Virus record (IMG/VR): IMGVR_UViG_3300045744_000002 | Coordinates: 1 to 59,725 of that record | DNA length: 59,725 bases | Direction: 5' to 3' (one strand) | From: a virus | Lineage: Duplodnaviria; Caudoviricetes | In this document: positions 19,522 to 29,000 of the stretch, in pieces | Position numbering within the stretch: position 1 is the stretch's first letter | Layout of the letters: every line of letters starts with the position of its first letter | Program-made: the position numbers and the translations under genes | Notes under the pieces: generated by a model | The model's database searches: none | What the model was told of the DNA's origin: nothing | Seen by the model: only the letters and a program-made list of their open reading frames with translations

Positions 19522-20997
19522 ATGGGTGGCAAGAGCGCTCCTAAGCCGCCGGATCTCTCCGGCCTGACGAACGCCGAGCTGCAGATTTCCCAGCAGCAGC
19601 TGGACCTTGCGAAACAGCAAATGGGCGTTTCGCAGTCGCAGTTTCAGCAGTTCATGCAATACAACCAGCAGCAGCTGGAGCAGTCGCAGAATCAGTACAA
19701 CCAGCAGATGGACATTCAGAAGCAGGCCCTGGCGCAAGCCGCGGATGCGAATGCGGTGTCCAAGCAGGTGGCTGATACGCAGATTCAGCAAATGAATCAG
19801 TCGATGCAGTATCAGCAGCAGGACCGCGACCGCTACACCAACACCATTCTGCCGCTCCAGGATCAATACATACAGGAAGCGAAGGACTATTCGTCGCCGG
19901 AAAAGCAGGCGCAGGCCGCTGCGCAAGCGCTGGCCGACAACCAGACGCAGCTGGAAGCGCAGCGTAACAACCAGATGGCGCAGCTGGCAGCGATGGGTGT
20001 CGACCCATCGCAGGTCATGTCATCGTCGCTCAGCAGCCAGCTGGGCGTCGCTGGCGCGGCGCAAGGCGCCATGGCGGCGAACGTCGCACGCCAGCAGACG
20101 ATCCAGACCGGCTACAACATGCTAGGTAATGCCATCAACATGGGCAATAACTTGCCCATGCAGGCGGTCCAGGAGGGTAACTCGGCGACGAACGCGGGTA
20201 ATAGCGCGTCGGGCAATATGCAGTCGGGCGTGAACGCGTACAGCAGCGCATCGGGTATCGGCGCAACGGCGTCGGGCATCCGGCAGAACTCGTTGAGCCT
20301 GGCCAGCCAGCTGACCGGCAGTCCCATGGCGTGGGCGCAGCTAGGAAACCAGTCGTACGGCGGTGCCAGCAACGGCATCATGAACGCTGGTAACTTGATT
20401 AATCAGGGATACCAAAACCAGTTGCAAGGGTTCCAAGCGCAGCAAAATGCCAACTCAAGCATGATGTCCGGCATCGGTACGATCGCTTCGATTGCCGGTA
20501 TGGCGATGATGGCGGAAGGCGGTTCCGTGGATAGCGCTGTGTCCTACGACCCCTCGCAGTTTGACGGTGGCGCAATGGGAAATGCTTCGTCGCCAATCGA
20601 CACATCGCGCTTGGATGCTGCAATTCAAAGCAGGCTACAGGCGTCTACTGACAAGTCGCTGGCATCGAGTGCGACACGCGGCAATATTGGCTATGACCTA
20701 TCCCTAGTCGGGAATGGTCTATCAGCTATGGGCAACCAAAGCCAGCAGCCAATCCAGTACAAAAATTTCCTGCAGCCGATCATGTATCGCGCCGAAGGCG
20801 GTGTGATGGGTCCAGGCGGCGGTGCGTCCAATAACGGACTACCTACCGGCCGCGCGATGCCCACGATGGCCAGTCGCGATACGATCGCTGCGCGTTTGTC
20901 GCCGGGAGAATATGTCATTCCGGCGGACGTCGTGCACCAGCTCGGCGTGAGCCACTTCGACAAGCTGATCCAGAAATACCACCGTCCGGGAGCCTGA
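19522..20997 (+). CDS. Internal virion/ejection protein 1 (Gln-rich)
   Basis: MGGKSAPKPPD start, Gln-rich coiled coil, two AEGG motifs, DTIAARLSPGEYVIPADVV. Confidence 0.7.
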   Translation: MGGKSAPKPPDLSGLTNAELQISQQQLDLAKQQMGVSQSQFQQFMQYNQQQLEQSQNQYNQQMDIQKQALAQAADANAVSKQVADTQIQQMNQSMQYQQQDRDRYTNTILPLQDQYIQEAKDYSSPEKQAQAAAQALADNQTQLEAQRNNQMAQLAAMGVDPSQVMSSSLSSQLGVAGAAQGAMAANVARQQTIQTGYNMLGNAINMGNNLPMQAVQEGNSATNAGNSASGNMQSGVNAYSSASGIGATASGIRQNSLSLASQLTGSPMAWAQLGNQSYGGASNGIMNAGNLINQGYQNQLQGFQAQQNANSSMMSGIGTIASIAGMAMMAEGGSVDSAVSYDPSQFDGGAMGNASSPIDTSRLDAAIQSRLQASTDKSLASSATRGNIGYDLSLVGNGLSAMGNQSQQPIQYKNFLQPIMYRAEGGVMGPGGGASNNGLPTGRAMPTMASRDTIAARLSPGEYVIPADVVHQLGVSHFDKLIQKYHRPGA

Positions 20998-20998
20998 C

Positions 20999-22999
20999 AT
21001 GCCCAGTGGAATCCAAGGTCTCGCCGAAGGCATCATGGCTGGTGTCCAGCCCGGCATGATCATCGGTGATCGCATTGCTGCGCTGCGCGCAAATAACCGC
21101 ATGCAGGCGATCCAGGACAAGCTGTCATCGGGTGCCTATTCCAACGATGCGGCCGGCCAGCAGCAGCTGCAGGACGATATCCGTGCCGCACAGGCGCCCC
21201 TTTCCTCCCGCGGTCTCGACAACAGCTACGGCAGTGACCAGCTGGGTCGTGTGATGCAGCTACAGCAGCTACGTGGCAACCAACAAGCCGGCGATCTCGT
21301 TACGCCCGGCGATAGCTCAACGGGCGGCGCACCGAATTATGCGCCGGCGCTCCAGGCGGCGGCTCGTACTCAGCGCATGTTGGGCAATCTCCCGGGTGCC
21401 ATGCAGAACGATGAAATGGCTGGCCAGATCAATGCGGGCCGTAACGCTGTCAACAACACGGGTTCTGTCGCCCCGGACGGTACGCTGCCTGGAGGTGTTA
21501 ACCAAACAGCGCTGGCTACCGGTACGTCGGCCAACATGGCGAATTTCGGCGATGCGCAGGGCGCCGCTCAATGGGGTGGCCAAGCGCAGCAAGCAGCGAA
21601 CGCCTCCGTGCAAGGCATGCTTGGACGTGCCCTGACGGTAGCGACGAACCCGCAGCTGGGCGGCATGCAGGCTGCCGCACCGTACGTCCATTCCGCCGCA
21701 CAGCTGATGGGCTACGGCGATGTCCAGTATTCGCCCAGCCAGAACGCGCTGTCGATCCTTGACAAGGGCGGTAACCAGGTGGCATTGATCACGCCGCAGA
21801 ACATCACCCAGTTTGCGCAGACGATCGGCAACGACCCGACGCAGATCCTCAGCAATATTCGCGCGCTCCAGAGTCAGCAGTACCAGGACCAGCGCACCGC
21901 TGCGCAGAGCAATCGTGAGCAGGCGCAGAAAGCGCTTTACGACGCTGCAGGCCGTGCGCCCAACCCGGCCATGCTCAATCAGGCTGAGCGCGTGGCGCGC
22001 CAGTCGCAGTCAGTGGCCGACAAGACCGGCTGGAAAGTCCTCAACGCGACCGAGGAAACCGATGCCAGTGGTGCACCGACGGGCGCGAAGAAGCTGGTGG
22101 TGCAGCCGCCGGGTAGCGAGCCGCTGATCATGACGCTCAGCGCGCCCGACCCCAATAACCCGACACAACCCGCCTATCGCTTGCAGCGGCAGGACGGCTC
22201 GGACGTGCCAGCCAATCAACTACCGGCGCTCGCCCAGGCGGCGCAGGCGATGGCGCAGGCCGAGACCGATAAGGCCATCCTGACGAACCTGCAGTACAAC
22301 CAGGCGGCGTACCAGCAAAACCGTGCCAACATCATGGACACCTACAACACGTTCAGCGTGCCCGGGATGCAGCCGCCCGGTGCGCCATCGCAGGGTGCCA
22401 TGCAGGCGCCGACGGATGCATCGCGTGGTGTCCGCAACAACAATCCGGGCAACCTGATCCAGTCCGGTGCGTCGTGGGATGGCAAAGTGGCCAATCCCAC
22501 CGACAGCCAGTTCGAACAATTTCAGTCACCCCAACAAGGCATCCAGGCGCTGGCGCAGAACGCGATCGGTCTACAAGACAAGGGCGCCAAGTCGGTCTTC
22601 GACCTGATCAGCAAGTGGGCACCGGCCAACGGCAAGGGCAATGACGTCATGGGAACGTTGGCCTATATCAACAACGTCGCCGCCAAGATGGGCGTTGACC
22701 CAGAGCAACCGATTGACCTGCGCGACCCTAAGACGCTGGCTGCGTTTACGAATGCCGTGATTGCCCATGAAAACGGAGGCAACCCGTATTCGCCCGATCT
22801 GGTTGATCGGGCCGTCCAGGGGGCTGTGGGAAAAGCTGGCCAGGGTTCGCGAGGGGTGCAGATCAGTGCGCGGGGCGCCGCACGGAATCGCAATTCTGGC
22901 ATTATGGCAGCGCAAACACCGGCGCTCCCGCGGCAGCAGCTTCAGGTAGGTAACACTCTCTCCAACGGGCCGGCGAACAAATACCTCTATAGGGGATAG
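20999..22999 (+). CDS. Internal virion/ejection protein 2 with C-terminal lysozyme-like domain
   Basis: RGVRNNNPGNL...F.SPQQGIQA...ISKWAP...IAHENG motif set. Confidence 0.75.
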   Translation: MPSGIQGLAEGIMAGVQPGMIIGDRIAALRANNRMQAIQDKLSSGAYSNDAAGQQQLQDDIRAAQAPLSSRGLDNSYGSDQLGRVMQLQQLRGNQQAGDLVTPGDSSTGGAPNYAPALQAAARTQRMLGNLPGAMQNDEMAGQINAGRNAVNNTGSVAPDGTLPGGVNQTALATGTSANMANFGDAQGAAQWGGQAQQAANASVQGMLGRALTVATNPQLGGMQAAAPYVHSAAQLMGYGDVQYSPSQNALSILDKGGNQVALITPQNITQFAQTIGNDPTQILSNIRALQSQQYQDQRTAAQSNREQAQKALYDAAGRAPNPAMLNQAERVARQSQSVADKTGWKVLNATEETDASGAPTGAKKLVVQPPGSEPLIMTLSAPDPNNPTQPAYRLQRQDGSDVPANQLPALAQAAQAMAQAETDKAILTNLQYNQAAYQQNRANIMDTYNTFSVPGMQPPGAPSQGAMQAPTDASRGVRNNNPGNLIQSGASWDGKVANPTDSQFEQFQSPQQGIQALAQNAIGLQDKGAKSVFDLISKWAPANGKGNDVMGTLAYINNVAAKMGVDPEQPIDLRDPKTLAAFTNAVIAHENGGNPYSPDLVDRAVQGAVGKAGQGSRGVQISARGAARNRNSGIMAAQTPALPRQQLQVGNTLSNGPANKYLYRG

Positions 23000-23002
23000 C
23001 GT

Positions 23003-26000
23003 ATGGCTGACTGGAACGATCCAATCGCGCAGGCGATGGCGCAGCGCGCGTCGGACGTTCCAGCCCCCAATTTCCAGGGCGGTACGCCTGCCGGGGATGC
23101 GCAGGCGCAGCAGAACCAGCAGCAGTTCCAGCCATCGGCCAGCGCCAGTGTGTCGGTTTCCGGGGGTGCCATGGGCACGCCGAGCGACCAGGATCGCCCG
23201 ACGTTGTACGGCTATAACCCCCAGACACACGAAGTCCTGGTCAATGGCCAAAAGATTGGCCGCGATTTTTCGGCTTGGTCCGCCGCGGCGAATTTGCCGC
23301 CCGACCAGATCAAACCCATGTCTGTGAACGCCATCTCACAGGATGGCTTCATTCCGCTATCGCAAGACCAGTTCAAGGCATTTATTCAGGGTATCGACCA
23401 AAACGCGCAAGGGCGTATGGTCGGTAATACGTTGCACAACCTGTTCACCGGTGCAGAGCAGACGGCAGCTGGTGGGGGTCGCCTCGCGCTACGTTCGATC
23501 GGGGGCTGGCTGGATAACTTGACAGCGCCCGGTCGTGCCGAGCTGCAGTCGCCGGAAGTGCAGCAGTTCCTGCAGAATCATCCGACACTCGCATCGGCGC
23601 TGAATACGATGCTGTCTATCCCTGGACAGCTAAAGCAACAGGCAAACGATACGACGGACTTTTGGCAGAATGCTGTCCAGCAGCAAGACCAGGCCGACCG
23701 CGCCGGTGAGTCGTTGCAGCAACAAGCCTACGCGGACCAGTCGTTTGCCAATCATCCGGTCCACGCAACGCTCAACACGTTGACAACGGCATTGCCGCAA
23801 GCGGCCCCCGCACTCGCCGCGTTCGCCATGAACCCGGGTCTCGGTACGCTGGCAATGTCCGCGCAAGGTAACGAAGCGGGCGCTGAGGAAGCCAGCGCGC
23901 GGTTCCAACAAGCCACGGCGGGTTTGACGCCGGATCAGTTCACGGCGGCGAATCCACAGTACGCCCAATTGCGCGCGCAGGGTCTCAATGACACCCAAGC
24001 ACGCGACGCGTTGCGGCAGCACGCCATGAATGTTGCTGGTGATGTGACAGGCGCCATGTCGGCATTGACCGCGCCGCTGATGGGTCGGATTCCGCTCGCG
24101 GCGATAGGCCGCGCGCAAGCTCTTATGCCAGGAATAGGGGGTTCTGGGGTAGGGGGCTGGCTCGGCCGGCGTCTCGCGATGGCTGCGGGTACGTCGGCCG
24201 AGAACGCTTTGCTTACCGCAGCGACCAATATTCCTGGTCAGGTTGCCGGAGACGTTGCTTCAGGCCGCGGGATCCAAGGCGCCGGCGATTACGCGCAAGG
24301 CATCGGGAGTGCCGCTCTGGTCGGTGCTCTGCTCGGTGGTATCACACGAGCACCGGATCGCGTGGCGACGACACAGGCCAGCGACATCGGGGCCGCAGCC
24401 AACACGGTGCATGCTGTATCTCAGCCGCGCCCGCAGCAGCCACCGGTGGGGATGGTGGCGGATATGTTCGGCACGGCGCCCCCGTCGCAGCCGGGTGAGT
24501 TCCAGCAGCGTTCGGAGCCGGCGCCAGCGGTACAGAACCCGGCGCAAGGGGATCTCCTGCAACCGCAACAGGGGCAGGTATCTGATCTGTTCAACAGCGC
24601 GCCACCGTCGGCGCCTACAAGCGACGTAGGTGCACCTCAGGCACCTGCGCAACCTGCGGGCGGTGGTCCGGCTCAGCCTGATCTGCTGCCACCCGCTGGA
24701 CCGGCGCCGGCACCGCGCGTGTCGCTGATCCAGCAGCGCGCGATGGAACAAGCACGTCCGCAGCCGCAGGGCATTCAAGGCGCATTGCCGGCGCCCCCAT
24801 CCATCGAGGCGCTCAACCAGGCACGCGATGCGCTACAAGGTCATTTGGATGGTTTGCAGAACCAGCGCTCGAAAGTAGCACGCCAGCTGAAAGCGACCAT
24901 CGAGCAAATCGATGCACAAATAAAACAGCGCGACAGCGAAGAACTTGCCGCGCAGATAGCGCGTGGTCGTGAAGCGCGGATGCCGCAAGACAACTCGATC
25001 ATCGGCAATCCGCAGACAGGACAGCACGAGCTGTTCGAAAATCCGGGCAATGGACAGCCCGATCTTGCACCTGCGGGTAACACGCAACCACCGCCGATCG
25101 GGCAAGAGCAGCCCATGTCCGTGGAGGAAGCGCAAGCACGCTTGCAGGCGCTGCGCGCGCGCAATCCACAAAACCAAGCGCCACAGTCGGATATGTTCGC
25201 GCGCCAGCTGAAATCGGCGCTACAGCAACACATCGAGCAGAGCCAGAACGGCACTTCACCGTCGACCGCTGAACCTGTGCAGGATCTCCAGGCGCAGATG
25301 CAGGCGCTGAAAGACGGTACGCGCGATGCAGTGTTCGTCGCTGCCGGCAACGAGGCTCAGGCACCGAAAGTTTCGGGCAAAGTCGCACGCACCATTACGC
25401 GACCCGAAGGGACGTTGGTGACCACCAACGCGGCCAAAGCGAAAGCCTACAGGGAGGCTCCGCAGGTCAATGACGAACTTCTCGCACGATTGCAGGATCT
25501 GCCACAGTCGAAAGCTGACGCTCTACAGCAAGGCGACAATACGGTTACCCAAGCCGTTGACCAGAACGGCGCCGTGGTTAAAGAGGCACTCGGGTCGGGG
25601 AACGCGGATGCGGTCGCACAAGCCGCACCACCGGGCGGTGCGGTTCGGCAACTGTCCGCCGAAGAGGCGCAAGCGCGGCGGCAAGAACTCAACCAGCGTT
25701 TCGACGCGGGCGAAGCGCTGAGCCCGGAGGATGCCGCCGAGCTGGTGCGCCTGACGCGCGATGAACGTGACATGGCCAAACCAGGCCAGCAGCCATTGCA
25801 AGGCATGCTCAATGGCGACGCTGGCCCGCGTGCGGCTGAAGCGGCTGGCCACAAAGGCTATCTGCACACGGACATGAATGGGCTCAAACGCATCAACGAC
25901 ACGTTCGGGCATGGCGCTGGCGACTCCTTGCTCCGATCATTTGCGACGTTGTATCGTGACATCGCAGCCAAGCACGGTGGCCTCTCATGGTTGGCCGGAG

Positions 26001-29000
26001 GCGATGAGTTCGTCTCTTCCTACCCCACACGCGCAGCGGCCGTCAAAGCGCATGCAGAGCTGCAGCGAGCAGCCAAAAACCACGTCGTGGAGTTCCAAGC
26101 CAACGACGGTACCGTCCACCGTGTCGAAGGCGTCGGCTTTGCCGGCGGGGTAGGGAAAAATGTCCGGGAAGCCGACAGCAACAGTGAGCAGTCAAAGCGT
26201 GCCCAATATGCCGCTACAGGTGCAGAGCGTCGCGGCGTCGCCAGCGACCGTCGTGCACAAGAATCTGTCAATGAACCAGCTCGCCAATCTGATGCAAACA
26301 CAGGGCGTGCAGCCCGGCAGTCTCAAGGTGTTTCCCGCGCCGCACAGCGTGAAGTAGTTGCGACCGCGACGAAGTCGGCCGCGCTGAAAGAACGCGCCGC
26401 AGCGCAGCGTGCAGCCGTGACCGACGAGGCCAAGGTCAACGAGGCGATTGGTAAAAAAAAAGTTCCCGCGTCGCAGCAAGACGCGCTAAACGCACTCCGT
26501 AAGGACGTCGAGGCGAACCACCCGCAGTACGCTGAGACGTTCGAGCAGCCCACGGAACGCGAGGGTGCTGGTCGGCGTCCAGAATCGCCGCTCACCGCGG
26601 TCCCAATGACCGAGCACGAGATGGGTGCGTTGGCGGAGCACACACGTGCCGTCGCATCCTCCGAAGCATCCGAGCTGGAACGTGGCACGTGGTCGCCTAA
26701 GAACAGCCAGCTGGCGCGTATCCTGGAGGCTGCGGGCGCGCGTCCCAGCGACACCCAGCTGCGTCGCGTGGTCGCTGATATGGCCAAGGCGACACCGGAG
26801 CAGCTGCGCGGCTTCATCGAGGCAGCCGGTCCGCGCCTGGCGGACTCCACGCTGGCCAAGGGCATCGTGCGCGGCATGGACAATGTCCGCGCTGCGGTGC
26901 GTGACCATGGCGGGAGCAGCGAGCCGCTCGATGCGTACGAGGGTAAGGTTGTGCGCTCGATGGACGTGGGCGCCAGCGCGAAGAATGCCGGCGGCGAGCT
27001 GCCAGAGAAAAACGAGCTGTACAGCCGCGGCCGGGTCACGATGTATGGCAAGGATCTCCCGCCACAGGTCGGCGAGGCGGTGCGCGAGTGGACGCGGACT
27101 TTCGAGAAATCGAGCGGCCGGTTCCTGCCGGACGAGATGCATGTCATGACGCCGGACCAGGCGCGTGCCCTGTACGGCGCCGCGGCGGTCCCGAAGAGCG
27201 ATGCGTTCTCCGGCGAGCTGAAGAACCCGGTCACCGGCAAGATGGACCACGTGATCGCGGTCGACTGGAAGGCGCTCGGTGACGGCGCGGCCTCCGTCGA
27301 GACACTTGCGCACGAGTTCGCCCACACGGCCATGGACTCGGTGTTCGATCAGCTGCCCAAGGCGGACCAGACCGCGGTGCGCCAGGCGTACAATGAGTGG
27401 CTGCAAGCGCAGGGTCGCGGGACGCCCACCGAGACGATGCTCAAGCGGCTGCCGCCGGCACTCGCCGATGTGCTGCGTGAGACCGGCGCTACGCCAGACA
27501 AGGCGTATGCCGAGTCCTGGCACGAGTGGATCGCTGACGAGGTGGCCAAGTGGATGATGACCGACCAGCGTCCACGCACGGCTGTGGAACGGTTCTTCAG
27601 CCATCTAGCGGACATCTTCCAGAAGCTATACGCCGCCGTCACCGGCCGCGGTCGCCCCACTGACGCCGTCGCCACCATGATGGATAACCTGGTCGAGCGC
27701 TCGCGCAACCTGCGCGCCGCCGACGCAACCGCCCGCGCCAACGACATGGCTTACGGCCGCGAGCCCGTGGAACCCTCCCCAGCGCCCGAGGCTACGCGCC
27801 AGAAGATCGACCTGTCCGCGGTCAAGCAGCGGGCCGATAAAATCGTCGAGGGCAGCAAGGCGCTGGCCAGCGATCTTGGCAAGACGTTCGACAACGGCCC
27901 GGCAGCGATCAAGGACCGCATCAACCAGACCTGGTCGCGCGTCGCCGAAGGTCGTGGTGGCGACATCATGCGCAACATCGCACACGGCCTGATGAGCACG
28001 CGTGATATCGTCGACCGGTACCGTGGGCGCGGTCGTTTCGGCGAGGGGCTCGTCGACTGGGACAATGCACAGCGCATGGCCGAGAAACTCGGCCGCGAGG
28101 TGCAGCAGCAAGCCAATATCGCCAGTGAGCGTGCGCAGCGCCTGTCCGCACCGGTGAAGCGCGCACTCAACCAGCTCATGTACAAGACCACGGTCTACGG
28201 TATCCATCCGGATGAAGCCTTCGGTACCGGCCGCAATGCGCATCTGCAGGACCCCGACAAGACGGTGACCGACTCCAACCGGGCGCGCTACAACGAAGTG
28301 CGCGCCGCCTGGAAGCAGCTTGAAGGCATCCCGGGTGACCCACAAGGCGTTTACCAGCAGCTGCGCGATGCGCTGGCGACGATCCGGCGTGAGACGTTCA
28401 CTGCACGCCACGCCAATATCGACAAGCTCGATGTGTCCAGCGACGCCAAGGCTGAGATGCATGCGCTGCTCGCTGCACAGGAAGAACGTACGCTGGAGGG
28501 TCCGTACTTTCCGCTCACGCGCGAAGGCAACTACATCACCACGGCGATGATGCCGGCGAAGAACCTCGGCGAAGCGCAGACCAAGGCCGAAGCGATGGCG
28601 CTTGGTGCACGCGAGAAGGCCGTCAATCCGCATGCCGAGATCATGCTCAGCAAGACACCGGACGGCACCTGGTCCGTGCACGCGGGCGAGAAGGCGGTGT
28701 ATTTCCATCCGACCCTGGCCGACGCCAAGGCGGCGCGTGCCGGTATCGAGACCGAGATGCGCGAGGCGTGGCAGCATCTGGCAGTGGACCTCGATCAGGC
28801 GCAGACGGAGCTGGGCAACAAACCGATTTTCGAGGGGCCGTTCCACACGCAGGATTTCTTCCAGAAGATGGAAGTGCCCAACCTCAACAAGTTCACCGCC
28901 GAGATCAACAAGCTGCGCGATGCTGGCAAGCTCGATCCGGAGGTGTACAAGAAATTCTCCGAGATGGTGCTGGAGTCGCTGCCCGAAACCTCCCCACGCA

